Shown one piece after another: positions 38,095-51,292 of a stretch of 64,000 nt of DNA. The stretch is from Octopus vulgaris. Taxonomy: Eukaryota. The position numbers and the translations under genes were made by a program. A model generated the notes under the pieces. That model saw nothing but the letters and a program-made list of their open reading frames with translations. It had not been told where the DNA came from and did no database searches. The stretch spans positions 43,524,001-43,588,000 of the forward strand of contig OX597821.1 of assembly GCA_951406725.2 (NCBI GenBank). The letters run 5' to 3'. Position 1 is the first letter of the stretch. The number at the start of each line of letters is the position of its first letter.

Positions 38095-40649
38095 ACTATA
38101 GTTTGATGAAAATCATCAAAACTAAAGTGTTACATGAGTTTGCTTTGGAACCATATACTTGTGAGTTCAATTCTATTGCACAGCACTTGGGTAAAATGTC
38201 CTGTACCATATCCATGGGTTGACCAGTACCTTGTGGGTGTGGAATTTAAGAATCAGATAGTGGACAGAAGCCTATCCTATGTGTGTGTGTGTGTATGAAT
38301 GCAGGAGCAGTGTGGTCAGATGGTCAAGTTGTTTGCTTTACAACCACGAGGTCCTAGCTTTGGCTCCTCTGCTTGGCATCTTAGGCAAATATCATCTTCT
38401 GTAGCTTTGGATCATCCCATACTTTGTGAGTGAAACTGGAAAGGCAGAAACTGTATAGAACCTCATTGGGTGAATTATGTATGTAATTCAAAATGTACAG
38501 CCTTGTAACATTCTGAGTCCACATGAGAAATACATTAAGGATACACAACCACCTGCATGTTAATTCAAGGGCAGATAATTCAGTTGATCAAACAACTGAG
38601 TTCTCATTGTTGAATGGTGGAATGATAGAAATTTTCCTCATCAGCACTACCATACACACACGTGCACACACACACACACACACACACACATGCATGTGTG
38701 TGTGTGTGTGATAGTGTATTGGTAAGAAATATTGATGCAGGTTATTAATGGCAACAAGAAAAAGCCAAAGCCAGCGTTTTATGAATGAAACCCCATGGGA
38801 TGTTTGCTTGGTCTCAAGTTGCCCAGATTCTCTTTTGTCTCTCTCCTTCTGAATATAGAAAATCTGTGATTGGTCTGTTGCAGACATGAAACCATTGTTT
38901 CTATTGTTCACAAGCTGCAACATAAATAAATACATATCCTAAGAGAATATTATAGATTTAGGTGAGTTTTCTTATAACTGCTATTTTCTCGAAACTAATT
39001 GCAATGGCAGAAGAATATATTATTATTATGAGTTTTTCTTCTTTCAGTTTTGTTTCCATTTCTTGCTGAGTGTCTTTCCAACCCCTAGGATAAAAAAATT
39101 CCCTGTATACATTAATAGGCCATTAAAATAAACACACCTGATTGTTCATTTGCAATCATATGAAGCTATGTAGGAAAAAAAAAATTTGTTATTACTATGT
39201 TACACTTGAGTAGGTAATAGCTGATACTTATGCTTGGCTGAAATATTTATATTTACCTTAGTTGCACTGGCATCCTACCTGAATTGCATTTCAAACAATG
39301 AAGTGAAAGATTCACTTTTAAATGATTTCATCAACAAATTACAAATACATTTTTGTATTTATCAGAATGCTTTGCCCTTGTACATGTGTGTCTGGATATA
39401 TATATATATATGTGTGTGTGTTTGTATTTATGTAGGTATGTACACGTGCATGTGTGTGTGTGTGTGTGTGTGTACAAACATATATGTATGTTCATATATG
39501 AGTTAAACAAGCCATTAAGTAATGTAAATAAGCTGTCAGATTGATAAATTTGCTGGTCTAATACTATTTACACTACAACACTTAGTAACTACAGGATAGT
39601 ACGCTGAAATGGACTGAATAAATTTCAGAAATAGTATGATAGAAAGTCATGGTAAACTTAATCGTATGATCTCTTGGAGATTGTTTAATTCCGTTGTAAG
39701 AAAATGTTTACATCAGTAACAGATGTTTACATTCTTAATACAAAAGGCAGTGGCTTTGTCTTTACCAAACAAAAAAAAATTGGATTTGACATAAGCCTAT
39801 GAAGAAATCTTTTCCTGTTTATCAAACTACTGTAAATAACAGTTAAATCTCCTTCGACTCACACTCTGGCACCTTGAATAAAGAATGAATACTTTGAATA
39901 ATGCAGTGATTGATAGACAAGAAAATGTAATGACTATGATTGGAATACCTTTAATTATACCTATACAATCACACACACGCATGCATGTGCACACAGATAG
40001 ATAGATTAAAACAGAGAAGCAAAAACAAACAGTGTGAATCAAACTACTGAGTTCTCATTGTTGAATGATGGAATGATAGAGATTTTCCTTGGTTTCAATT
40101 GGATTTCTCCTCCCTTTCTAGACTTAATGAACCACGATGACTATTATTGATAAGGAATTTTCTTTTTTTTTATTCCACTGTTACATATGTTTAACCTGTC
40201 TCTCTCCAATGGTGGAATACTCAAGCTGTCAGAGACTATCCTATTATTATATAGCTGAATTACATGCCCTTGTCAAGACTTGCTAAACTGTTTGCTTTTT
40301 CTTTTTTGCTTTAATCTGTACCTACAAACTCAAGGGGAAGCTACTTCTAGCCACTTTAAAAAGGCAGTCAAAAAACACACCTTCAACTGCAATTCGAACT
40401 GGAATTTTAGTGGCACACCAATTTGAGCACTCAGGGCACATACATATTAGTTTGAGTTACCCTGATGAAAACTTCCTGTATCTTTCATATATATATATAT
40501 CTTAACACGCTTGAATGTTTGAATAATGTCAGGTCAAAAGTGAGAACAGGTGTAGAATGTCATATGTCTATCAAGCGAATACGGAAACCTTCTTTTCAGG
40601 CACTGAATAACATCTCTCCTCTCCATACCTCCTCCCACATTCCTTTCCC

Positions 40650-41181
40650 AGTTTTTAGAGTTAGTACTTTCAATGTAGGTACACTAAAAGGTAAGTCTAG
40701 TGAGTTGTAGACATGCTTGATCAGAGACATGTTGATGTATGCTGCATACAAGAGGTAAGGTGGAGAGGATCTTCAGCCAGGGTTCTCACAGGCAAGGCAC
40801 ATAGGAATAAAATTTTCTGCGAAGGTAACAGCGAGGGTGTAGGCATACTCCTTGCAGAGAAATGGGTGGATAAGGTCATAGATGTAGTCAGAATATGTGA
40901 CAGAGTGCTTAAGCTCAGGCTAGTCCTGCAGAATAGTATAGCTACAATTATCTCTGCCTACGCCCCACAAGCTGGCCTACCAAACGACCAGAAGGACCAC
41001 TTTGATAATACCCTTCTACAGGCTACCTCAAAGAGAGGTGGCAATGACCTCACCTTTGTGGCTGGAGATTTTAATGGGCATGTTGGATGGCAATACTGTA
41101 TCTTACATGGTGGTCATGGGGGCCATGGAATTGGTTCCTGAAACAAAGAGGGAACTAGGCAACTGAAGTTCTGTGATGCAT
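40650..41181 (+). mobile_element. RTE-clade LINE apurinic-like endonuclease fragment
   Basis: FRVSTFNVGTLKGKSSEL*..VDVCCIQEVRWRG...GVGILL...IISAYAPQAG...VAGDFNGHVG...GHGIGS*NKEG..LKFC. Contains in-frame stops and is truncated at a mariner TIR-like sequence near 41187. Confidence 0.9.
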
Positions 41182-41446
41182 GCAAACTATTTGGTTGGCA
41201 ACTAAGTTCCCGCCATTTAAAAAAATTTTAATTTTTTAAAGGTTTAATAAAAAATAGCAACTAATTAATCAATGATGTATTCACCCTTGTTGTTTACAAC
41301 TTCTTCCCAATGTTCAACAAGATTTTCAATACCTTGTTGGTAGAAATCGCCTGATATGTTCTTTTATACATGTATATATATGTATATATATATATTCTTT
41401 TACATATATATGTGTGTGTGTGTGTGTGTATGTAAGTATACATATA

Positions 41447-42719
41447 GAGGGGTTGGACAAAATAATGGAAACACCTTAAAATTTCAAACAAATTAATTTT
41501 AATATGGGATAGGATCACTTTTGTCAGTAATTACTGCTTGAATTCTATGAAGTATGGACTAGTACAAAGTTTGAATTGTTTCCAAAGGAATTTTTCTCCA
41601 TTCTTCAGCTAAAACAGTCTCTAGTTCTTGTAGTAATGGTGTTGGAGGATATCGACTCCTTACTTGTTTTTCTAAAATGCACCATAAATGTTCAATAATA
41701 TTCAGATCTGGGGACTGTGGTGGCCAGATAAGATGTTCAACTTCACTAGAATGTTCCTCATGCCATTCAGTAACAACATTAGCCGTGTGAATTGGTGAAT
41801 TGGTGCATTATCATCCTGAAAGATTGCATTTCCCTCTGGAAACAGTTCTGCAATCATAGGATGAATTTGATCAGATAGAATGCTTAAATAGTCTTGAATA
41901 TTAATTCTGCCATGAAGGGAAACCATTGGACTGGTGGATTTCCAAGATATAGCCCTCCATATCATCATAGATCCTCCTACATGTTTAACAGTTGGAAGAA
42001 GACAGTCTGGGTCAAATGCTTCTTTTAGCAGTCTCCATACATATACTCGGCTGGTGGTCAGAAATAAGGTAAAGGATGACTTGTTCGAGAAAATAACATT
42101 CTTCCACTGTTCTTGGGACCAACTCTGTAGGTTTTTACTCCACTGTAAATGCTTTGCAACGTTTGTTTTTGAAAGTAGTGGTGTTCTGATTGCAGCCCTC
42201 CCATGAATTCTAGCATTGTGTAGCTCTCGGTAAACAGCTTTTGTGGAAATTGGGTTCTCAAGGTGGTCATTAAGCTCTGCTATAATTTTGGGAGCTGTAC
42301 TTTTGCAATCCTTTCTAACAATTCATGTAAGAGTTGACGGTCCCTATCTGAAAGTTTTAGTTTTCTTCCAGAGTTTTGTTTTGATGAGGAGGTTTTTCCC
42401 TCTTTCTCAAAGGCTGCCATTACTTTCGAGACCATACTTCTTGATACACCAAACATTTCAGCTGTTTCTGTTACACTAGCACCTGCCATACGAGCACCAA
42501 CAATTTGACCTCTTTGAAAGTCTGATAGATCTGTCATTTTAATGAATTTTAATCACCTTTTTCTGATGATGTCTGAAACGAAACAGCAATTTTAGCAAAA
42601 CATATTAAGCAACACTAATAATAAATCAAAAAACATAAACATAAACAAGATTTTGACAGTTTTATAGATATTTCAAAATTACGATGCTAGGTGTTTCCAT
42701 TTATTTTGTCCAACCCCTG
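41447..42719 (-). mobile_element. Full-length decayed Tc1 element (DD34E-type)
   Basis: TIRs (C/G)AGGGGTTGGACAAAATAATGGAAACACCT with TA duplications. The transposase starts at 42537 (MTDLSDFQRGQIVGARMAGASV...SGRK) and includes IFQDDNAPIH and WPPQSPDLNIIEHLW. Frameshifted. Confidence 0.94.
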
Positions 42720-42956
42720 TACATTATCCATTCTTTTATATTGTGTTTATTTACTGCATACCATACATGACTAGTCTTACTCCTGAGATTGGAGTTGTTG
42801 AATACCTGTTATCTTTAAATAATCACTCTTGATTTTATATTGGAGTGATAAAATGGAAATATTATTAATTGATTTATTAAGTAATTACTTTATCAATATT
42901 CCCTCAATGTAGACCACTAGCAATCACAAGCTGGAAGCTGCAGAGCTAATAATCAT

Positions 42957-42988
<32 letters not shown>

Positions 42989-43028
42989 GTTCATGATTAT
43001 ATATGTACTATGTATATATAGTACATAT

Positions 43029-43213
43029 ATTGATTGATTCTAGTTTCAGCTCACGAGCTGTGGCCATGCTGGGGCACCACCATTTAAACATTGTGCTATG
43101 CTTACTGCACCTAGGTTTCCCAAGCGGTCACCCATCTAAGTACTGACTAGGCTCGACGTTGCTTAACTCCGGTGATCAGACGAGAACTGGTGCTTTCAAC
43201 GTGTATGGCCGTA
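43029..43213 (-). mobile_element. 5S rRNA-derived sequence fused to a SINE-type 3' tail (candidate SINE3)
   Basis: 43100-43213 on minus is a near-complete 5S rRNA (TACGGCCATAC.ACGTTGAAAGCACC...GAGTTAAGCAACGTCGAGCC..AGTACTTAGATGGGTGACCGCTTGGGAA). It is followed by GGTGCCCCAGCATGGCCACAGCTCGTGAGCTGAAAC and (AATC)n instead of an oligo-T terminator. Confidence 0.8.
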
Positions 43214-43244
43214 TATGTATATATATATATATATATATACATAT

Positions 43245-43460
43245 ACTCTTTACTCTCTCTCTTTTACTTCTTTCAGTCATTTGACTGTGGCCATGCTGGA
43301 GCACCACCTTTAGTCGAGTAAATCAGCCCCAGGACTTATTGTTTGTAAGGCTAGTACTTATTCTATTAGTCTCTTTTGCCAAACCGCTAAGTTACGGAGA
43401 CATAAACACACCAGCATCAGTTGTCAAGCGATGTTGGGGTGACAAACACAGACACACAAA
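43245..43460 (-). mobile_element. 3' half of a CORE-type tRNA SINE, cut off by the adjacent foldback
   Basis: Matches 58339-58550. Confidence 0.8.
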
Positions 43461-43863
43461 CATTCTGTGCATAATGAATATGTCCCTCCTTTAAGAAACA
43501 AATTGGGTTTATTTACATTTGTGAAGAAAAAAAGATACCTTTCCCCAACCCCTAACCCTAACCCTAACTCTAACCCTAAATCTAAAATAGATTGAAATGC
43601 AATAGATCGATACTAGGGCCATAATTATGGGTGACATTTTCATTTGACACCACTAGAAAAAAATCTCATTTTCCATAGCGGTGTCGTATGAAGTTATCAT
43701 CCATAATTATAACCCCAGTATCGATCTATTGCATTTCAATCTATTTTAGATTTAGGGTTAGTTCGGGTTAGGGGTGGGGGAAGGTATCTTTTTTTCTTCA
43801 CAAATGTAAATAAATCCAATCTGTTTCTTAAAGGTGGGATATATTCATTATGCACAGAATGTT
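43459..43863. repeat. Foldback with about 200-bp arms containing (CCCTAA)n/(TTAGGG)n
   Basis: 43459-43660 is an imperfect reverse complement of 43668-43863. Telomere-like hexamers occur at about 43545-43580 and 43752-43775. Confidence 0.88.
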
Positions 43864-44867
43864 ATTTACCTAAATGGAGGTAATCGATTGGTTAAAATTG
43901 CCGAAATGCTCGAAATTTCAGACGAAATGTTTTACAAACTATAGAATTTTCTCAATAAAGCCAAGAGAAAATGACGTTTTATAAACACATTCTACCAGTA
44001 TACGAAATTTAAAACATTTTAGTTACCTAGAAATTATGTTACAAAGTGCCGTTCAAAAGGAAAAGATCCTTTACAAAGTAAATAATCTTTTTAAACAAAG
44101 TAAATAAAACAGAAAAACACAAAGTAAGGATCGACTAGCTAGCGCGGATGCGCAAGTGTGCACACCGGGACCACTCTTCTTAAGTAGTACCTGCGAAAAC
44201 TGGTTTTGAGAATTACTTATACTTGAACTTGGTTTTGGGAATTATCGGTTTTTTGCGAGCCCTACCTCCAACCAACTAAAGACGTTGCTAAGCGACTCTG
44301 GAAACCTATCACAGTATTATTATTGTAAGTATTTCATAATAACTCTTTTTCTTTTTATTTCACAATAACTATTTGTGAAATATTTCTTGTTGTTGTTTTA
44401 CGATAACAACAAGTACTTCACAAAAAAATTAAATACTTAGTGATGTGCAACGACCATGGTACTTATTACTAGGAAATGCCTTAAGAGAAATAGTAATAAT
44501 TAAATAGTAATTTAATTATTGTGAAATAACAAGTATTTCACAATAAATATTCTTGTATTTCATAATGATAATAATGACAGTGACAGTTGTGGTGATTTCT
44601 CAATAGTTATTTTTGTGTTTTGTCGAGAAATAAATTAAGTGAACATTATTTCATTGTTTATTTTGTCAACAATTGCCTTTGTCTTCATCATCAGGATCAT
44701 CATTGTTTTCATCTTTATCATCAAAGTTTTAGTCGTCATTGTCATCGTCGTCGTCATCATCATCATCAACATACATACATATATACATACATATATATAA
44801 ATACACATATATATGGATGCATGCATGCATGTATGCATGTATGTATGTATGTATGTATGTATGTATG

Positions 44868-44906
<39 letters not shown>

Positions 44907-45138
44907 AGAGTTTACGAAAAAAACAAAAGACGAAGACAGGTAGTGTACAAAACAAACAGATGTATTAGTATAACACTCAGGAATAGAAAAAGTCTTTTAC
45001 GTTTTGAGTCTATGCTCTTCTACAGAAAGGGACACAGAAAAAACAAGGAGAGAAAAAATGTGTGTAGTGGCTAACGATCTATTATGGCGATTGATACATA
45101 TATATACATACACACACACACACACATATACATATATG

Positions 45139-45182
<44 letters not shown>

Positions 45183-45199
45183 TTGCAAGATTTTTTTAT

Positions 45200-45603
45200 G
45201 TGAAATCGTGTGTTGAAACAGATATTGTTGTATTTAGGAATGATCATTTTGCCAGTTTAGCCAACAAAAACACACAAACTATATATTTGGTGTTACTTTG
45301 CTTCAGCGTTATTTATTTTTTACATTAATCTTAATCTTATTTCGGCCAGAGTTCTTTCGTCACACTCCTGTGACTGCATCAGTGGTCCTTTGCTTTCTTC
45401 TTTCTTATTTGTGTGCCTCTCCTCACTAATGGTCAGCCATTTTGTATTTTGTATTTCTATTGTATGTGTCTTCATTTGCGCATGCGTATATCTCTATGTG
45501 TGTGGAAGTGCCTGTAATATTTATATCTCCTGTTTATATACGTTCGTGTAGTTTGTTTTTGTTTTTGTTTATTTATTTTTATTCTGTTCATGTGTTTACA
45601 CCT

Positions 45604-45660
<57 letters not shown>

Positions 45661-46670
45661 CATTATTATTATTATTATGTATGTATAATAATAATAATAA
45701 TAATAGTAATAAAAAAATGTATATAGTTATTTACTTCCATTTGTTTATTTATCTGTGTATTTTATTTTATTATGTTTTCAGTTTTGTTTATATTGTAACC
45801 AGTTTATGGGGATCTTCTTCTGTCATATGCTGTGGTGTGTGCTAGTGTTCCATTCCAGTTTGCTATTCAGGCTAGGTTTATCTTCTATTATGTGTGTAGC
45901 TTCCGTAATTTGTTTGATTGTTGCGTCTGTTCTATGTGTGGACAAGATTTTAACTTCTATGTTGTTGATTGAGACCCTGTGTTCCTGCTCGGCGTGTTGG
46001 TACAGAATCGATGAGCTCTTTCCTTCTTTAAGTTCTCTCCAATATTCATTTACCCACTCTCCTATGCTCCATGCTGTTTCCCCTACGTATATCGTTGTCT
46101 TGTTACTGCATCGTCCCTCTATACATCTTATACTATAGACTACATTTTTGGCTTTACAGTTTGTTTGTGGGCTCAATCTACACACAGTACAGTTCCTATC
46201 CGTACAAGGGTTCTATTAAAAGAGTAGGTTCTACTGATTATGGATTTGATAGGGTTGCCTGGCCTTTCAACAACCTTAATCCTTAGCTTAAGTTTGTCTA
46301 GGGTCCTTCTAAAGCGGTACGCCAGTTCACCTCTAGTGGTGGTGTCGACGAACATGACACTCTGGTATTTGTGGCTATCATACCAAGAGTTGGCCTTCCC
46401 TATTTTCTTCTTTGTCCTTTCAATAGTGTTCCATGACTTGCTCCTATAGAGTGGGCAAATCCCATTCCTATCATTGCATAAGATAGTATCAAATTTTTTC
46501 ATGGCTCCTTTGTGTACTCTGATCCTTTCTTTATGGCTGTAACCTGAGAACTGCATGCGGTGAACGAAATGTTGTATGTGTCTCTTTAACTCTGTAGGTT
46601 CGCACTTGCAGGACACATTTCACATTATTCTGACGAGGTCTGCCATCAAAATATTGAATTTGGCATTGTC
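45200..46670 (-). mobile_element. Penelope-like element 3' part: RT thumb/linker, GIY-YIG endonuclease and downstream pLTR-like region with a hammerhead motif
   Basis: ORF 45823-46185 (CKAKNVVYSIRC...IYVGETAWSIGEW..EY..ELK......LYQHAEQEH...EATHI..KPSLNSKLEW) is a PLE GIY-YIG. ORF 46173-46616 (RMQFSGYS...PLYRSKSW) is frameshifted upstream. A co-oriented HHR-like motif lies at 45344-45387. Confidence 0.9.
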
Positions 46671-46689
46671 AGCTGTGTAAAGAAATGCC

Positions 46690-47136
46690 GAGTTCTAATT
46701 GTGGAGAGAACCTGTAGAAGGGGTGGACCCAGGAAGATGTGGGAAGAAGTGATGAGAAAGGTTCATCAGATGCTGGGCCTCACAGAGGAAATGACAAGAA
46801 ACCAGGAATTGTGGCGATTTACTGTACTTGAGAAGATGCTTCAAGCTAAGTAAAATCATGGTTATCCCTACATACATGCTTGTCCTTTAGAAGTGTTGGT
46901 CCTACGTAAAATGCATTTGTGCTGGTGCTGCATGAACACACTTGTGCCAGTGGCACATAAAATGCATTCAGAACACTCTGTAAAATGATTGGCATTAGGA
47001 AGGGCATCCAACTGTAAAACCAGGCCACAACAGACAATTGGGCATCTGGACAGAACCCTGGCTGGCCAGCTCCAGTCAAACTACCCAACCTATGCCAGCA
47101 TGAAAAACAGATGTTAAATGATGATGATGGTGGTGG

Positions 47137-47167
<31 letters not shown>

Positions 47168-47168
47168 G
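46690..47168 (+). mobile_element. RTE LINE 3' end with (GAT)n tail
   Basis: G.PRKMWEEVMRK...LGLTEEMTRNQELWR C-terminal motif, then the AGGAAGGGCATCCAACTGTAAAAC tail and (GAT)n. Confidence 0.8.
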
Positions 47169-50100
47169 CTCGCTATGTGGCCCCTTCTGGTGTTTGGTAT
47201 TTCCAGTAAAGATTCTGCTTTCTCCTGTCTCTCACAACTGTTTCTCATACACAAAACTGTTCTTGGTCACTATTAACTTCTATAGATTCAACAACTTCAT
47301 TTGAGAGCAACAAATATACACTGAATGCTTTCTCTCTTCACCAGTTTGTAGTTATTTTATGCTTGTTTCTTAATCACAATTATAGTGAGTGACAGATATT
47401 CACTGTTAATAAAACACTTCCTCTCTTTTCTTCCTTTTCTCTTGACCTTCAACCCCCACCTCTGTTTTTCCTCGTTTTTCAATGCTTTTTCTTCCAAATT
47501 GCATCATCATCCCCTCTCACCACCATTTCTCTCAATTACCTTTATTAACCCATCGTCAGCCACTCCTCCCCATGTATTTCAGTTTACCATGCTCTCCAGC
47601 CCACTGACCCTGAACAGACAGCAGGATAAAAAAACCAGACCTAGAATAACCTTACCTGCTTCAGGTTTCATACATAGAAAACTATAGTAATTTAATCAAG
47701 ATAGTTGTGCTGATATGCAATATGCACTCACATAGTTTGGCATTTATTGAAACAACTGGTATGATAACAATGAAATTTTGTATTCTCAGACAACCTTGTA
47801 GGCTTAATTTTTGTTATTGAAGCTGTTGTGTACACAAATATATAACCTAGAGAAGTAGACAAGTAAATACAGTAATTTCTCTGGATCATGGAGAACCAAC
47901 AATATCTCAACTACTGCCTCTGCTAAAATGAAACAGGTTAATAATCATTCTGTCATAGAGGTGCCATAAAGCCTACTTGAGGAAGATAAATATATATGAT
48001 TAGCTTCTTGGATTCTGAACCAGAATTCAAACTGAATCTACATTTTTCTACTCATTCTCTTCTTATTGTTCTCTTGCTGTTATACTTAGAAATCTATGAG
48101 AATCAACTGCCACACTTAATTAAGGTCCATTGCTTAAGTTAACATTCTTAGGTTAAATAGGGTTCAGGCAGATAGATGGAAAATCTTATGTCTTGCCTGA
48201 CCTGATTTGGCTAGAGGAAAATATAAATACAGAACTCCGAACTGGTCTGCCTAGATGAAGTGCATCTATTTTTCAGCTCAGAGAGGTCAACTCTCTTACT
48301 CTTTCTGTCACTTGTTTTTCCTCTAATCTTCTAGCAGTCAACAAAGGATGAATTTAACTACCTACAGAAAGGATATCAGTACTGCGATTCATCTTGAAGA
48401 GGTTATATCTTTAATTTTAACAATGAAAATAAAGGGCCATTTCAACCAATTCATAAATATTTTTCTTCTTCTTGTTTAATTGCTTTATATCATCATTAAA
48501 AATATAAACCTGAACACAAGGGTGGGGTAGCTACTTTTTAGAGGTAACAACTAATTACAATAACAGGAAAGGTATGTAAATAAACAAAATAAAACTGAGA
48601 AGACTTGATAGCCAACAATGGCTACCATTGAAGAATACTTACTGTAAGGTTAATTGCTAGGCTATATGTGGGGTTACTGTTACTTCACATATTCTTAAAT
48701 ATGTTCCCCAATCACTTTAAGGGGTGAATTCCTAGTTGATATGTGCATTCACTGTTACTTCTAAACGTTCCTAAAATATGTTTCATTAATAACTCTAAGA
48801 GATCAGATGCTACACAATGCATTGTGTAATGTCTTTAGAAGTGATTTACCAACATTTATGAGGGGTGTTCATTAAAGATTTCCTCTGACCCACTTCTGGT
48901 TATTGCAGGAAACAGAACTTGTACATGTATAATCATACATGTCTCTACATGTCACATTGTAAATTGCTGCTTTCCACTTGTATTCATCTGTCTTTTACAG
49001 CTGCTGAAGTGGACTAAGGTGTTATAATGGAAGCAGTTGAATGCAGACCAGTGATCAGGTTCTTATACTTGAAAGGTCGCATCCTAAAAGAGACTTTTGA
49101 TGAGATGAAATAAGTTTATGGTGATGATGCATTATCATACGATGTAGTCAAGCACTGGCATCGCCAGTTCAAATGTGGTTGGACATTGGTGGAAACTGCT
49201 CCTATTTCTGGATGACCACATTCTGCATTTGATGACAACACCATCCATAAAATGGAAGCTGCCATTTTGGAGGATCGCCGCATAACTATTCAGTGACTAG
49301 CCCAAGAAGTGAAGGTAAGTGTAGGGTCTGTGTAAATAATCATTCATGACCATTTGCACATGTGGAAGTTGACTGGACAATGGATTCCTCAGATGCTCAC
49401 ACCTTTACAGAAGCAGGAAGGAGCCAATTGCTCCCAGACTCTTGGCAATGTACCAAGAAAATGAGGAGGACTTTTTCAGCAGACTTATCATGCAGGATGA
49501 AACATGGATCCATCACTATGATCCTGAGATGAAAGTCCAGTCAAAGCAATGTTTTATATCTTGCCACAAGTAGGTATAGATAAATTATGCAGTGGAGGTT
49601 TAATCAACATGTTCCTATGGCACACTTCGTGAGACTACTAAAATGCTCTCTAGACTACTACTGACCTTTGTTCTTTATAAGAGTTCGGCTAGTCCATTCT
49701 CCACCACAACATCACCCCTTTGAGATTGACTTCCATCGGAAGTTAATATTATTTTTATTTATTTTTGCATCATCACTTTTATATATTGACAACTCATTGT
49801 CAGATGTTGTAACACAATTGTTACCCTACTCTTAGGTAGTATTGTTGTTTTTTTTGCTCACAGCACTCTTTTTCGTTGTACTAAATACTGTTGTTAGCAC
49901 TCTTGTTTTTCACTCGAATGGACTTAAGTGTGATTTTTTTAACCCCAAGAAGACATCTCCTCTAGTTGGTTAACACTGCACTGCTGCATCTGATATATTG
50001 TGAGCAGAGGAATCAAACCCTTACCACATTCTAGCAATGGGACCAACACACAGTAATTTGAACAACTACCATTATGGCAACTTATGTGTTCAGTGTGAGT

Positions 50101-50362
50101 TCAATGTGGAACTAACACATCAACTCTTACCAGCCTCTAGCGAAACTCTTCAACAACTTCTGCCAACTTGATGCCTTTTCATAGGACATGATAGGTATTT
50201 TACTGGTGGTACTTTGGCTGCCAAGCATGCAACCGCTACCAGCTTTCACCAATTTCTCAATGTCCCCGTGCATGCAACAGGTTGTACTGAGTTACATGTT
50301 ACCAGTAGTGCCCAAGAGTGACCTGACCTTGTGTGACAGGTTGTACTGGGTTACAATTTACC

Positions 50363-50588
50363 TATTTCTTTATTACCCACAAGGGGCTAAACACAGAGGG
50401 GACAAACAAGGACAGACATAGGTATTAAGTCGATTACATCGACCCCAGTGCGTAACTGGTACTTAATTTATCGACCCCGAAAGGATGAAAGGCAAAGTCG
50501 ACCTCGGCGGAATTCGAACTCACAACGTAACGCAGATGAAATACCGCTAAGCATTTCGCCTGGCGTGCTAACGTTTCTGCAAGCTCGC
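50363..50588 (-). mobile_element. Young tRNA-SINE (Meta/MESC-like domain) with 17-bp TSD
   Basis: TSD CTGGGTTACAATTTACC at 50346-50362 and 50589-50605. B box GAGTTCGAATTCC and domain GCCTTTCATCCTTTCGGGGTCGATAAATTAAGTACCAG. Confidence 0.9.
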
Positions 50589-50964
50589 CTGGGTTACAAT
50601 TTACCACTAGCGCCCAAGAGCAACCTGACCTTGTATGACAGGTTGTACTGAGTTACACCTTACCAGTACCGCCCAAGAGTGACCTGACCTTAAATGTTAT
50701 TGTTGCTGTTGCAGTTGTACCAAGTGAGCCAACAAATTTTCCATGTTAATGATTTTTTTCTTTTGTTTCGTACCCCAAAAAATTTTAATGTCCTACACAA
50801 GCTTGCTTCACCACTTTTATATCCTGCCACAGGTGGGTATAGATAAATTATGCAGCGGAGGTTTAATCAATGTGTTTACATGACATACTTCGTGAGACTA
50901 CCAAAATGCTCTCTTGACTACTGCTAACCTCTATTCTTTTTAAGAGTTTGGCTAGTCCATTCTC

Positions 50965-51292
50965 CCAGTCCCCTTTAAACTTGTTAAAATAATATTCAGG
51001 ATGCTTTCATCTCTACTAAGTATAGATGCAAACGTGTTACCTAAGATTAATTTTGAGGATCTGGTCAAAGACTTTGCAATTTAAAAAAGTAGGAGGAAAC
51101 TTTTCAAATATAAATAAAGTAGAAGTATGCAAAAATAAACATTATTTGCCCTCTTACTGTTTTGTTTCATTTTGAAGAGTAAAAAATTATTTTATGGTTT
51201 GTTATTGTTTCTATTTTGAATTACATAATCTTTTATGGGGGTACCAAAATCTTTATGTGCTTAGGGCCTCGATGAGTCTTAATCTGTCCCTG
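50965..51292 (+). mobile_element. 3' fragment of a hAT (Tip100-like) transposon inside the LTR
   Basis: SLLSIDANVLPKINFEDLVKDFAI*KSRRKLF resembles the C-terminal hAT dimerisation region. It ends in a TIR-like ..GGGCCTCGATGAGTCTTAATCTGTCCCTG. Confidence 0.7.

Noticed and set aside
43100-43213. Functional 5S rRNA gene
   Set aside because: The first bases are missing, it has indels, it lacks an oligo-T terminator, it is not in an array, and it is fused to a SINE tail.
43545-43580. True telomere or chromosome-fusion scar
   Set aside because: There are only a few degenerate hexamers, and they are embedded symmetrically in a repeat element.
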